Below, in pieces: positions 12,101 to 23,478 of a stretch of 64,000 nt of DNA (position 1 is its first letter; every line of letters starts with the position of its first letter). Source of the stretch: Botryllus schlosseri. Its lineage: Eukaryota. Both the position numbers and the translations under genes were made by a program. The notes beneath the pieces were generated by a model. It saw nothing but the letters and a program-made list of their open reading frames with translations. It did not search any database and was not told where the DNA came from. The stretch covers positions 29,390,001 through 29,454,000 of the forward strand of contig CM119371.1 in the NCBI GenBank assembly GCA_051294905.1, in the 5' to 3' direction.

Positions 12101-15100
12101 GTGGTAATATCACTATTCTTTAAAGTTGAAATAAAATGTCTGTCTTGGCCCTTGTACTGTCGAGTCATATGGTTTGGTTCGAGTCATGCACAATGACTCA
12201 ATTACCAGTCGAGTCACCAAAACATCATGGCTCGAGTCATTACAACCCTGATTCTACTAAATGTCGCATTTACCTCTACTTCCTTATTTAAATTTGAATT
12301 GCTGTGTCTTTCAGGGGACTGGCTTAACGACCCGGGCAACGAAATGTATCTGGCTCTGAGCCATTTGGTCGGCCTGTGTTTCGTTGCGATCTTGCTGGAG
12401 GCGTTGTCGAATGGTCGTGATAAGTTGAGGATAGGCTTGCTCGCATTCGGCTTGGTTATGGTCTTCGTGTACAGGCTCGGAGCTGTGCGAACCATGTCTG
12501 GAATGGGCGACTTACGGTGAGTTTCGTGGTCTTGTATATTTTTGATTGAGTGCTGTGCTACTGACGATAAGATTTTACGAATAGTGATTTGAAAATTGGT
12601 GCTTGCTAGGTTGTTGTCAGACATTTTGTGCTGATCAGTAAGGCGATTATATTTTGGCATTGCAAAAAAAGTCAAAATTCTGTCAAAATTGTAGCGTTAG
12701 GTCAAAAAATTGTCATTATTGTTTGCAAAGTCAGATTTTTTTGCAAACTGTATTTCGTTGTTGTTGTAGAAGCTTTGCTGTTGGTGAACTTTTCATTTGA
12801 CATTTTACACCTTGTGGCCTACTTTACGGGCTTACTGATGTAGATGGCCTAATTTAAATATCTGAGTGCAAAATTTTGTCAGAATTAAGTTGTTTGATGT
12901 CAAAATACGTCAAAATTTTCATTTTTAGTCCAAAGTCTCCCGATTTTAGGGTCAAAAATTCATCGCCCCACTGATCAGTGTTTAGGGTTAAGGGAAGCCA
13001 TGCAGATAAACTCGGGCTATGGGAACTAGCGTTGGGAAACAGTACAATATGCATGTTTTAGTCGGCATCCTAACCTAAACTATATTCTCACCAGAGCTAC
13101 CTACACCCCAACCCATATTTACCTAACACAAACCCTAAACCAAGGTAATTTTACCTAAAGCTGACTCATCCCTAATCACAACCCAAGCTTACATAATTCT
13201 AACCCAAGCCCAATCATACCTTAACCTAATCCTAACCAAAGCTAACTATACCCTCCAAAAACCCATTTGAATGCTCTGAAAAAGTAAAAGTGCATCATTA
13301 TTGACCTCTTTTAGGCAACAGTACATTTAATATAACTGAGTACTCGGGAATTATCAACAAGTTTACATCGTACTTTACGCATTCAGGGAATCAGTACCGC
13401 CCATACTAGCATATATCGCAATAGCCGCCATCCTCGGTAAAGCCGCACTCCTGTTATCGAAACGGAGTAAGGCCACTTCAGGTGAGTTCTAGTTTCTTTA
13501 TATATGGATTAGCGTCTTCAGGTAATTTTATATATTCAGGTGACAATATCATGGACTATATCATGACGTCTGTGGTGTTGGCTAGTGTGCTGCTGTCCCG
13601 GGCTCATAACGTTTGGCCTGTGGTTTTGAACCTGTTTCTCTATTGGTCGGTATTTCGGCGGCTTTGGCCAATCGTCGGCGAGGATTCCGGCTCTAACATG
13701 CAGTTGGGGAAGATTGTGCTTCGAACCACATTGTGTTACTGGTTCGGGCAAATGTCGTATTTTAGTACGGTAAGTGGAATTAATTATGGATTTCGATCCT
13801 GTGTAAGCTTCATTGATTTGCAATAAAACAAAATACTAAGAAACTAGTACTTTACATCCAGACGTGTATCGCAGTCCTGGTACACACAACTTTGCAACAT
13901 TTTCAGTAAGAATTGAATTTCCATGGTCCTCATGAATCAATTCAATTATACTAGATACTAGAGCCCTACCAATATCGAATTTTTGATCCGATGCTGATAA
14001 AACCTAGCACCTTTCCCGATAACCTAGATATATTCAGCTAATACTCGAATGATAAGGCATCTAGTTTCATAAGCATTTCCAAAATTTCAGAGCATCTATT
14101 TTAACTTGGACAGGAAGTAGAAAGGTTACACATGGACACCTGTAAGATATAAGAAATTGAATTATCCGAAATTGCCGATATCTTTTCCAACTCTAATGGT
14201 CGATGCCAATATTTCTTTCGGAGTGCAATGTGGGTTCGATATTATTGATATTAAAATTCATTTGGGCTCTACTGAAAACTTTTCAACTTGAAACAGTTGT
14301 AGAAGTGATGATCACCTATCAACCACAGTTGGTTGGTACTGATATTTCTACTGAGACATATATTGACTATTTCCTGGCCGAACTCTAACTACAACAGAAT
14401 TGGTCATAACGTGCAAAGCAAATCAAATATAAAGGCAGCCTTTGCTGACCTCTGCTATAAAACTAGTTCTCATGACATTATATGAGATGGTTGTTTTACG
14501 ATACAGGGAAATTCAAACAGCCTGGCCACGATCGATGTGTCGGCTGGCTACGTTGGGATATCCACGCACTACGGCACTTTGGAAGATACCTTCGTTAGAT
14601 TGCTAATCGTATTCGCCACTTATACGGGCCCGATCTTATGGACGATGTTGTGTCTCGTGGATACGGTGAAGGTGTCTTTGAAAGGTGAGTGTTGAATTTG
14701 AAGTGCGGCGTATCTGTGCAAGGTTAGTCAGAAATCGAGAATGATTTGTAAATTTAGTTCGACAAACTGTCGAGTAGAGGTGGAGGTATTCCAAGTACCA
14801 AGCCAGTGGGACTTTGTTCAAGTATTCAGTGACGTTTTTTGGTGTGTTAAAATCCATACGTCCTTTTTTACGGAAAAGGTGAATGCTCAAGTAAATACTT
14901 TCAGGCAAAACCAACTCGAGCACTTTAAAAGAGTGGAAGTACTTAGTTTCTGACCACTTTTGCTCTTCCTCAAAACTAGCTCTGGTTCGATGATTCGAGC
15001 ACTCGGATCTGAATCGACTATCTATTAACTCGAGTTAAGAGGTGAATTTTCGAGTACTGAAATTATACACCTTGCCTCTAAGAATTAATTTATCAATGAG

Positions 15101-16205
15101 AATTATAGTTTCGATACGATTTTCCCATTGTGGAAGTCTTTAAAATCGATTGATTTTATCGCAGCGTTTGAAACATGTAGTACAGATCTACATACGTTGG
15201 TGGAATATTTACATATTGTGACGTCATGATCAACCGACATCATTGTCACAGAGTGAGTAGAAATTAGCGCCATCAAAAAATGCCAAATAATATTTGACAT
15301 TGTATTCTTTACTGTCACATAAAAGGTTCATATTTGAACTCTTCACATCACAAACTGGCAAAACCAATTTGAACGATCCAGAAAACTAGAAGAACCCCGC
15401 TACTGACCACCTCCGTTATCAGGCCTGCTGGTCTAAAACGTTGGACACTACTATTGCGTTACACTGTCTAATGTAGACATGGAATGGCAAGGGCCATTTT
15501 TTTGTCTTCTCTTCTCTGAGGCTGGGTTATGGATCGTCTCATGGCAGCCCATGTACGATATCTGGCAATCTTATAGCTGATGTCCAGAGAACTGAATTCA
15601 ATGAAACTGGTATTGATCGAAAGCTAGAATCGCACTGATTGCGATAATGTAAATTAAAATCTGGTCAGAACCCTGGAACTGCACCGAAAATCCCCCTCAA
15701 CATCTCGAAATCTGCATTGTTTATAACAATGACCGATTGCGGCGATCCGATTGTTTGGAAAATGCAGGTATTTTAGTCCCAAATCTTGCTTTCTGGACGC
15801 CAGCTATAGGATTTCCAGAATTCCTCCATTTGCTGCTGCGATACGACCCAGATTCGAGCCTCAGCAAAAATCGGTCGTTGCAATTCCATTTTTACATTTG
15901 ATAATTGCACGGTTCAGCCGATTTCAATTCCACTAGCCCTGCCTAAACGCAGAACTATCTGCTCTGCTTCAGAATTCACGCTGTCCAAACAGTCGTCTTG
16001 GCGTGGACTGCTGGCTGTCTTCTCCACGTTCGCCTTCCTGCGTCTGACTTCGGCTTCGTTCTATCTCGTGCTGGCCACGATCATGCGATACCATCTCTTT
16101 GTGTGGAGCGTTTTCGCCCCGAAACTGCTCTACGAGTCCGCCTCCACCGTGGTTTACGGCTGTATGCTGCTGGCCGCTTCTGTGGCTGCGAAATGGATCA
16201 AGTGA
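2..16205 (+). CDS. PIGG: GPI ethanolamine phosphate transferase 2 (PIGG/GPI7-like), spliced, 5'-partial
   Basis: Exons 2-148, 695-907, 1542-1650, 2278-2360, 2764-2909, 3841-3955, 5469-5596, 7383-7852, 9989-10273, 12315-12516, 13387-13481, 13540-13769, 14507-14684, 15973-16205 join in phase (2634 nt, ending TGA 16203-16205). PIGG motifs recognised: ALRDDFVFG, VTLPRIK, FYGDExW, GHIGH, GDHGMxxxGSHGG, VQQVDL..LGIPIPRNSMG, SSYLEEEHQTWY, RLLRAWNSTG, LLSRAHN, GNSNSLATIDVSAGYVG, MRYHLFVWSVFAPKLLYE. Confidence 0.93.
695..907 (+). CDS. PIGG: PIGG exon, ends at a GC donor
   Basis: ttttag acceptor; SLVTGS...FYGDEMW...SFFLRDFIR; donor gcgagt at 908. Confidence 0.85.
1542..1650 (+). CDS. PIGG: PIGG exon
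   Basis: VDDIVE...FDIMIANLLGLGHIGHVV; ag/gt boundaries. Confidence 0.88.
2278..2360 (+). CDS. PIGG: PIGG exon
   Basis: GSRSPLISEKLTEIDSTIKSIY; ttcag/gtaagt boundaries. Confidence 0.9.
2764..2909 (+). CDS. PIGG: PIGG exon
   Basis: LLVVTGDHGMTDKGSHGG; ctag/gtgagt boundaries. Confidence 0.9.
3841..3955 (+). CDS. PIGG: PIGG exon
   Basis: EVQQVDLVSTLSVLLGIPIPRNSMG; ttttacag acceptor. Confidence 0.9.
4014..4476 (+). mobile_element. hAT-type MITE, GACTCGAGTC-rich family (copy 1)
   Basis: TIRs CAGGGTTGTAA...TTACAACCCTG; many GACTCGA/GACTTGA subterminal motifs; TSD not evident for this copy. Confidence 0.8.
4829..5355 (-). mobile_element. Same MITE family (copy 2), inverted relative to copy 1
   Basis: Same TIRs; interior is the reverse complement of 4014-4476. 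Confidence 0.8.
5469..5596 (+). CDS. PIGG: PIGG exon
   Basis: KMKPADELHSLQYNCHHL...; tttttcag/gtgaga; phase 2 fits the next exon. Confidence 0.8.
5760..6520 (-). mobile_element. Relic of a hAT-like element carrying a transposase C-terminus
   Basis: ORF 6058-6240 reads AVKRSFSILGKLLSKDRHFLSEN, resembling the hAT C-terminal ERSFS motif. Homologous pieces at about 12640-12850, 30240-30690, 32100-32450, 40270-40730, 41040-41390 and 52200-53030. Ends approximate. Confidence 0.6.
6728..7231. mobile_element. Degenerate hAT-type MITE with AAGGACAATG repeats
   Basis: Flanks TATATATG/TATAAATG (7/8 TSD); about five AAGGACA repeats. Confidence 0.5.
7383..7852 (+). CDS. PIGG: PIGG exon
   Basis: Transmembrane segments and HSVSLLSSSYLEEEHQTWYY. 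Confidence 0.88.
8066..8459 (+). mobile_element. GACTCGAGTC MITE family, diverged copy 3
   Basis: GAGGGTTGTGATAA...GGCTACAACCCTG; right part matches the family. Confidence 0.6.
8533..9485. mobile_element. Non-autonomous TIR DNA transposon (Tc1/mariner-pogo-like ends)
   Basis: 29-bp perfect TIR GTAGGGGAGAGGAGGCCAAGATGAGACAC; internal GGGGTAAGATGAGACA repeats. Superfamily assignment tentative. Confidence 0.75.
9989..10273 (+). CDS. PIGG: PIGG exon
   Basis: Acidic loop then HRLLRAWNSTG...DIG; tttcag/gtaat boundaries. Confidence 0.85.
10305..10826 (+). mobile_element. GACTCGAGTC MITE family copy 4
   Basis: Family TIRs; 8-bp TSD ATTCTCGG/ACTCTCGG; starts 31 bp after the exon donor. Confidence 0.8.
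10951..12250 (-). mobile_element. GACTCGAGTC MITE family copy 5 (inverted), interrupted by a nested element
   Basis: TIRs at 10951 and 12250; degenerate TSD ATGCTACC/ATTCTACT. Confidence 0.75.
11060..11924. mobile_element. hAT Charlie/Buster-type non-autonomous element
   Basis: TIR CAGGGGCGGGCAAC; perfect TSD TAGTAGAG; GGCCCGC subterminal repeats. Confidence 0.88.
12315..12516 (+). CDS. PIGG: PIGG exon
   Basis: GDWLNDP...LVMVFVYR; tttcag/gtgagt boundaries. Confidence 0.88.
13060..13270 (+). repeat. Degenerate CCTAAC(C) low-complexity repeat
   Basis: Repeated cctaac/cccaac/ccctaa units; similar short tract at 8045-8065. Confidence 0.5.
13387..13481 (+). CDS. PIGG: PIGG exon
   Basis: ESVPPILAYIAIAAILGK; ttcag/gtgagt; followed by a 58-bp intron. 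Confidence 0.8.
13540..13769 (+). CDS. PIGG: PIGG exon
   Basis: LLSRAHN...YWFGQMSYFST; gtaagt donor. Confidence 0.88.
14507..14684 (+). CDS. PIGG: PIGG exon
   Basis: GNSNSLATIDVSAGYVG...TYTGPILW; gtgagt donor. Confidence 0.92.
15973..16205 (+). CDS. PIGG: PIGG terminal coding exon
   Basis: MRYHLFVWSVFAPKLLYE...AKWIK*. Confidence 0.92.
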
Positions 16206-16862
16206 ACTGGGTATGAATTTCATGATTTGGTTATCGATATATTTTATGAGTTGGAAACTAGGGCATGACCGATGTCAGAATTAATTTCCACTCAAATACA
16301 AGTAGATATATTGATATAGTGGTATAAATATAGTGAACTAGTTTCCAAAATTCATTAGGCTAAGGAAGTTTACGGCCTTGCTTCTACTTCTACTGGAATA
16401 CCTATGCTAACACAGGTTACTTTGGCCATATCTAGGCTCAACTCAAGGCATCTCACCTACTTTCGGGGACAGTAGTCGTCTTTTCTTGACTTGTATACTC
16501 TCACAGATTCCACAATCACTGTATAATGTGTACTGCCAGAGCAAAGTGTCTCGCGCCGGAATCAGCGTCATGTCAACAAGGCAGAAGCACAGCAACCAGC
16601 TTAGTGGAAAGGGACAAAAAAATCGTCGCCAGTACCTCATTAGACTTTTATGATATTTTAAGTATGTTCGTTGCTGATAGATCGTAGTCCACCGTATCAA
16701 CATTTTGTTTCAGATTTAATCAAATTCCGACCCAATGCTAACAACAATCATCTTTTCGCAGAAGTATCTCATTCATTTACCGCAGATGCCTATAATAATT
16801 TATGCTTGATTACTGTAGTCGGCTTTGAACTTGGTAAATTTTGTTGCTGTGTTTGAGATGTC

Positions 16863-17661
16863 CTGGGGTGTGCAACCTTTTTGATGAGCGGGCAGATGCG
16901 GTCACTTGATTGATTACTCCGAGAAGGGACGCCTCTGTAACCGAGAAGGGACGCAAATAACGCACAGGCCCATTAAGAATTGGTAACGTCGATAAAATTT
17001 GATACCGGACCAAGCATAGCCAATATTGACCAATGAATTTTGGCAAAAAATACCCCTGTGCATAGTCAACGTATGCACCAGGGTTGTAATGGCTCGAGTC
17101 GCGAGTTGTTGGTGACTCGACTTGACTCGAGTAATTTTGTCTGATGCGTAAAATAACTCGACTCGAGTGATTGTGCATGACTCGAACCAGGTCATATGAC
17201 TCGAGACTAGGACAGCCAAGACTGACATTTCATTGACTTCTAAGAATAGCAAAGTCACTACATTGGGCTTTATAGTCCTGATACTTGGAAAATAGGGCCA
17301 GAAACTGTTATAACTGAGGAAAATTACGTTATTAATAATGTGAGCCATTCTATCTCACTCGAGCAGAGTTGAAAAAAGTGGGTTGAACGTGATTGAACTG
17401 TAACTGAACAGTGAAAAAGGCCAAAACACCAACTCGGCCTCGACCATCTAGTAGCTGACCTAACTAGTCGACTCGGTGGTGAATTGAAAACGACTCGAGT
17501 CAAAACTATAATAGTAAGATTGACTTGTGACTCGGGACCCTGTGACTTGGCTACAACCCTGGTATGCACATTAAGCATCTATCGCTTTTTTAGCACTATT
17601 CAGCTTAGCTTAAAAATATCGGACTATTAAGCCTAATCAGGCTACAGGTTGCACACTCCAT
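16863..17661. mobile_element. hAT-type MITE hosting a nested MITE
   Basis: TGGGGTGTGCAACC...GGTTGCACACTCCA; flanks AGATGTCC/AGATGTTC. Confidence 0.6.
17079..17561 (+). mobile_element. GACTCGAGTC MITE family copy 6
   Basis: Family TIRs; perfect 8-bp TSD GTATGCAC. Confidence 0.88.
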
Positions 17662-19414
17662 AGATGTTCCTAGCTTTCGTACTATTTACATTCGCTGGAC
17701 TAGTCGATATAAATATATTTTTGTAAATTCCTATGTGCGTTAGTTCCTGGTAATTAGTGCTAACTTGGGCAAATGGGTATGGCTAATACACAAACGTTGA
17801 ATTTCAATTTTTCGAAACCGGTACGGAATTTTAGTTCTTCAGTTTGTAATCTTGTATCCACCATCTTGTATCCACCAATCTAGGCATGATTGGTTGTTGA
17901 GATGCATTGCAACTAGAGAAGGCCTGACTAGTCAGCGTTACTCTTCAAGTAGAAGTGGAATTATTCCTGTCAATTTATACTCAATTACAAGTAGAAGTAG
18001 TTGATTACCGAGACTTAGTTTCTAGGGATTGCATACTTCTGGCAGTTATAACATGAGGTGGATACTATCAAATTTGAAAGGAGCATCTTCGCGACTCTTG
18101 CAGTGACTAACGACATTACAAAATCTGCGCAATTTTGTGAAAATAATTTATTTCCCCGGATTTAAGAATATCACTCGTAGAAGTTTTTGCAAATTGACCT
18201 GACATACCGTATTTCCTGCTTTTCAAAATCCAAAATGTGAAATTATGTGCGCTAGTTTGGCCCAGAAACTGTCTAGTGAAAGTTGAAGTGTGTATAGAAA
18301 CGTATCTACTTGAGTGTGTGATGCAAGCAGGTAAAACCTGCTTGTTTACTATGAGAAGTAGAAGTAATTCGTTACTTACCATTGTGTGTGTGACCATGAC
18401 CACCTTCGATTCACTGCTATAAGCCTGCATCCCATCCGCTAAATCTACTTTTTGAACTACTTGAGGAATTCTTCACTTTCAACTTAGCATATATCATGGT
18501 AGCTTTGACATTTATTCGAAATTAGTGCTGTTACCACGTGAGTATAACTGTACTGGTTTCAGCCGACCTGATATCTTTCATCGTTACGAACAGCATTTTG
18601 AAGGCTGAATCTTCCCTCATATTTTCCTTCATTCATTGTTACGCTATCGCTATCTTGGTTGTGTGCCAGTAGTTGCAGTTTATCGTCCCTACCTGAGTAT
18701 CTTATTCCGTCCCTACTGAGAACAGCATGGGCATAACCAAGGTTGTGCGAAACTAGTTCTTAACGTTCACAATAAAAATTTATGGGCACGCTGGACTTGT
18801 GCAAACTACTGGATTTTCAAAATGCGCAACGAGAACTAGAACTACTCGCAAAACCAGTACTTGTCGACCATCAACTAACTGGAATCCAGATTAGTAGTTT
18901 GTACAAGTCTGCACTGCACGGTTTAGCTTACAACTTGTGACCTATTAAATATTTTCTATTCTGTATACAATTCGTGTTTGGTACATTAGTATGCAATACC
19001 GCCCGTGTCAATTACATGAGCGGAAATAGTTCCATTGAATGTGAAGTGAGTGTGATTGATTCGTCATTTGGGCAATAGCTACGGGGAATTTAGGGTATGG
19101 CAGTTCGAGGATGACCAATTGACCATTGATCGATGTTCATCCTCTTCAGTATTCGACTGCGCACCGTCTAGCTTTAAGAAATGAATTGATGCAATATCCT
19201 GAAATCGAACTCAAAGGGGCAAATCCAAAATTCATTTTCTATCATATCCAAGTCCAGAATATACGAATATGACTTCTCGAGAGTCGCATGACAATTCTTT
19301 GTCATAGTCGGCTTCAGAAATCATAAATTCGGCCTGCAGCATCGAGATGCTTTGACGACGGGGTCGCGATACGGCCGTGAGGTCATCCAGTCTGCGCCCC
19401 CGTTTTTTTCTCCT

Positions 19415-19550
19415 CCATGATATCCGTGATTGCTGAGCGCCTAACAGGATAGCTGTGGATACCAATTTTCGAGTCTTTGGTATGACCCGGCCGGGCATCA
19501 AACCCACGACCTACCGGTCGAGAAGCTGGACGCATAACCAATTAACCATT
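19415..19550 (-). mobile_element. tRNA-derived SINE with a Meta/MESC-like central domain
   Basis: Minus strand has a tRNA-like head (B-box-like GGGTTTGATGCCC) then GGGTCATACCAAAGACTCGAAAATTGGTATCCACAGC...GGCGCTCAGCA, recalled as the MetaSINE/MESC core. Confidence 0.6.
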
Positions 19551-20202
19551 AGTCGAAGGCTGCATATAAACATGACTACTCATATCATCGTAAGAGCCTC
19601 TGTTTTAGCCGTCTATAACTGTATTCAACCCCTTAGTATTGGTATTACTGCCATAATTATATTGTTCGCGAATAAAAAAGTGTAGATAGAATAGAGCCCC
19701 TATAATCCGTAAATGTGACATATGCCTACTATCGTGTGTAGGCTATAGTGCTCTAGGCCTAAATAAAGTATTCAAATTAAAACCAATGGCATGAGTTTTG
19801 AGGTCATATTTTCGAATTATTTGACTAGTGCAGCCCGCGAGCGATCCGTAGGTTTGAATCCGGCTCGCGACGCAAGTTGAGTTGAGATCGTAATGCTACG
19901 GTTTCAATCCGAAGCTTGCAAGCATTAGTATTACGTATATTTCGAAGAGAAAATGAAATAAACCATGGATGTCTTACGTTAATTCGATATCACCACAAAA
20001 TTAACGCATGTTATTGTGGAATTTGTGCGTTACGCGCAATGGATGAAGTTCCTTATTGTATATCGTAGGTGACTACTGACAATGCATCATCCCACTAACC
20101 TGATTATGTCATAACCATCTCGGTCGGTCATCGGCAACAGTGCTTCCCAACCTTTTTCAGTTCGCGACGAACTGTTCATCAGGATTTCATTATGCGGCAC
20201 AC

Positions 20203-20437
20203 TGTAGCGTACCGCTCCATGATTAACTTATAATTACCCTCGCTGATCACTGATTATGTTACTGCTACGTCTTGTTGTGTTGCACTCTTTTATGTCAGTC
20301 GGAGGTGCAGTCGCTTTTAGTAACCGTTCTATGAACATCGCCGTCGTGTTTTAGTTGTTTTCATAAAAGAGTAATGCTAACGTCTACACCGAGCCGCGGA
20401 CCAAGAAGAACGCGCGCCCACGACAGAGCACGCTATA
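20203..20437 (+). repeat. 5' LTR
   Basis: TGTAGCG...CGCTATA, near-identical to 24886-25137. Confidence 0.9.
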
Positions 20438-20440
20438 TTT

Positions 20441-20458
20441 TGGTGACCCCGACGTGAT
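20441..20458 (+). promoter_or_regulatory. Primer-binding site complementary to the tRNA-Trp 3' end
   Basis: TGGTGACCCCGACGTGAT is the reverse complement of ATCACGTCGGGGTCACCA. Confidence 0.85.
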
Positions 20459-21082
20459 TCCACTAGCCGACGTGATCTGGCAATGCAGCGCGGTAGACGG
20501 AACTGCTGTAATGCCGCAAACTCGACCAGGATCAATGATAGAAAGCGATGAAATCACGATATGCGAAAACGAGATTTGCACTAGCTACATAGGAATCCCG
20601 ATGCCACTCAAACATCTGTGTCAGTTTAATATTGATTGAGTACGCCATACCGTTGACAGAAGACTCCAGAACAACTCCAATCTGCATGCTGAGGACTTCA
20701 CCAAGTGAGCTACAACTTCTTTCATCGATTGCAAGACTTGCATGTTTGCAGCACGACGACGACATGACCGAGCCTTAGCACAGCGACCACGTACACTGAA
20801 TTCTCTTCGCAACTTCATATCTCCGATCGCCCGACACCGCCTACTTGTTTTTCTACGTAGATAGAGGCAGCTATACTGTATCTGTATAACTACGCATTCC
20901 AACTGTAGAACGAAAGATGAGCCGAACGAAACTCTACACAACCGACGGAACCATCATTCATGATGGGACCATGAACCGAACCGAATCGAATCACCTCGAC
21001 ATCGACAGAAACGGCGGGGAATACGCTCAAACGCAGATCCCCCCTTCACTCAATCTTGTCGAGCGACGACTTGCAACTAACC

Positions 21083-23478
21083 CAGTGGTTCTCAACCTTT
21101 TTGACCTCGCGGCACACTTTGAAAATGATAAATAGTTCGCAGCACACTAGCACAGTGGTCCTGAACTCTTCTGGCTTACGGCACATAGGCTAACTACCAG
21201 AATGCGTATAGCAGCAACCATAGTCTTACAGAGGTGGTCAGGTCACTGACGAAGTACCCTACTTCTACCTTTTCAGAGCACTCAAGTGGGCTTTTCTCTG
21301 CTTGAGTTTTCTTTTATCACTGCGGACATCTCACAAATACGTCTACGAATGATATCAGTTGACATGGGAATCGTTTTCAATTGTTCCCAAACATTTTGTT
21401 ACAATTTCATTGCAGGCCGGTAGAAGAACTTTCTCCGCTTCCGTGTGAGGTTTTGAATTATCGCAGCTATTACCTCTGTTACCACATGACTGGCCTGCTG
21501 AGATCGCGTTTAAACTTTAGGCTGAGCTTAATTTCATAAGATTGGCTCCACAATAAAGTTTGCCCACTACCGCATTGTCGATGTAATTAACCGTCGCATC
21601 GAAGAGTAAAATCACGATCGCCACTAACAAATATAGAGGCGTGCCAAACGCATTTCCACGCAGATCGTGTAATAGCACCTGCGAGGATAGTATACCTCAA
21701 TAGTGTTACTGGCAGCCACCCGCAGTTCAATTGTAGTTCGTACAAACCGGGATAATAAACCTCTGCGGCGGGGAAATTTGTAACTGATATAAATTGATCA
21801 ACTTTCACTTCCCAATTCTCGAATTTGTCGCCTGCAACATAACGTTGCGCCCCGAGCCTACATTTTACCGGCAGTGGTGCCACGCTACCAAACAATCGCA
21901 ATCTGAATGGCTATGTTGGCAATTCTAATTTGAAAACGCGCCGAATGAGTTCATTTCTCGATGGTGAGAATGCCTTACTAGGTGTACTCGTCCCCCGATC
22001 TGCAAAAGCAGTGTCTTACAGATACAGATAGTGGGCCGTGCTATAAGTTGGCATCTCAGGAATCAAAATAAGTAATATCGGCATGGTGTAAATTGATCTT
22101 CGATGACGAAGAGATGGCAAGAATACGACTACAAATAGAAACAGAACAAGGTCATCAACCTGCGTCATGTCCATGTTCTGCCTCCGGCTCTGATGTATAT
22201 ATATCGACTTTCCAATTGGATAAAATGAAATAAAAAGGGCAACAGAAAACAGGAAACAAAAAAAACATCCGAGATAATCAGTTTTTTGCTCGTATTAAGC
22301 GTCTCCAACGTAGGCGGTCGTGGGCTCTGATGGGGGACAACTATAAAGGTGAACACTAGGGCTGTTCAAAAATAACTTTTTTTTCCGGATTCCAGCCGTT
22401 CACTAATTAACTTGTCAGGTTACCGTAAATAACGCTGCACACCAAATTTGGTTCAATTCCAACAAATGTAGGACTCCGCAGATCCAATTGAAATTTTTAA
22501 TTTATAAGGGAAAATTAAAAAATAAAATTTTTCAAATTTTTCTGCCAACCCCATGAAATTGTTGAGCTGTCTTCAAAGACGATGCAAAACAAATTTGAGT
22601 CAATTCCAACTAGTAGAAGCGGAGTTATGTGAGTTTTTCGTTGATAATCCTCGGATTATTCACCAATCAAGGATAATCGGAGAATTATCAACGAAAAACT
22701 CACATAACTCCGCTTCTACTGGTTGGAATTGACTCAAATTTGTTTTGCATCGTCTTTGAAAACAGCTCAACAATTTCATGGGGTTGGCAGACAAATTTGA
22801 AAAATTTTATTTTTTAATTTTCCCTTATAAATTAAAAATTTTAATTGGATCTGCGGAGTCCTACACTTGTTGGAATTGAACCAAATTTGGTGTGCAGCGT
22901 TATTTACGGTAACCTGACAAGTTAATTAGTGAACGGCTGGAATCCGGAAAAAAGTTATTTTTGAACAGCCCTAGTGAACACTTTGGCCACACCTCATATC
23001 ACGGTCCAATTGCCCGAGTTTAGTTATCACCGTCCTAAAAGCTACTATGTGTGGGCATGGGCAAACTAGCGTATCACACCCATTGACGGTGGAGGCCTCA
23101 GTTTGATTCATGGCAGTGCAGAAGCAAGTTACAAAGCGTCGCGGATATATTAGATGCTCTGCCCCTTTGCAGTGCTCAGTTGCTTACAATAAATTACAAA
23201 TACCAGAGAAAGACCCAATTCATGACCTACTGGGGATGTCAGATTGATGGAGATACTGTAACTATACGGTCGCCTCGACATCCTTATATCTGTTCACTGC
23301 ATCGGATTGTGCATCGCGTGTCTTGATCGGGTAAAATAAATTGAAAAATCAACAATGACACACTCAAAATTAGGATTTTTGTTATACTTCGACATAGTTT
23401 ACCACATCTGCTCGCGGCACACCTGAGCAGTCCAATTGGCACACTAGTGTGCCGCGGCACACCGGTTGAGAACCACTG
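21083..23478 (-). mobile_element. hAT Buster/Charlie element with a degenerate, internally deleted transposase
   Basis: TIR CAGTGGTTCTCAACC; perfect TSD AACTAACC; second copy at 57424-59555. Confidence 0.9.
22357..22973. mobile_element. Foldback (fully palindromic) hAT-type MITE
   Basis: About 300-bp inverted arms with a loop of about 13 nt; ends TAGGGCTG/CAGCCCTA; perfect TSD GTGAACAC. Confidence 0.92.

Noticed and set aside
13060..13270. Interstitial telomere
   Set aside because: Units are highly degenerate, not (CCCTAA)n; more likely TE-associated low-complexity sequence.
16443..16703. Antisense exon or ORF downstream of PIGG with a donor-like site near 16455
   Set aside because: No recognisable protein and no partner exons found.
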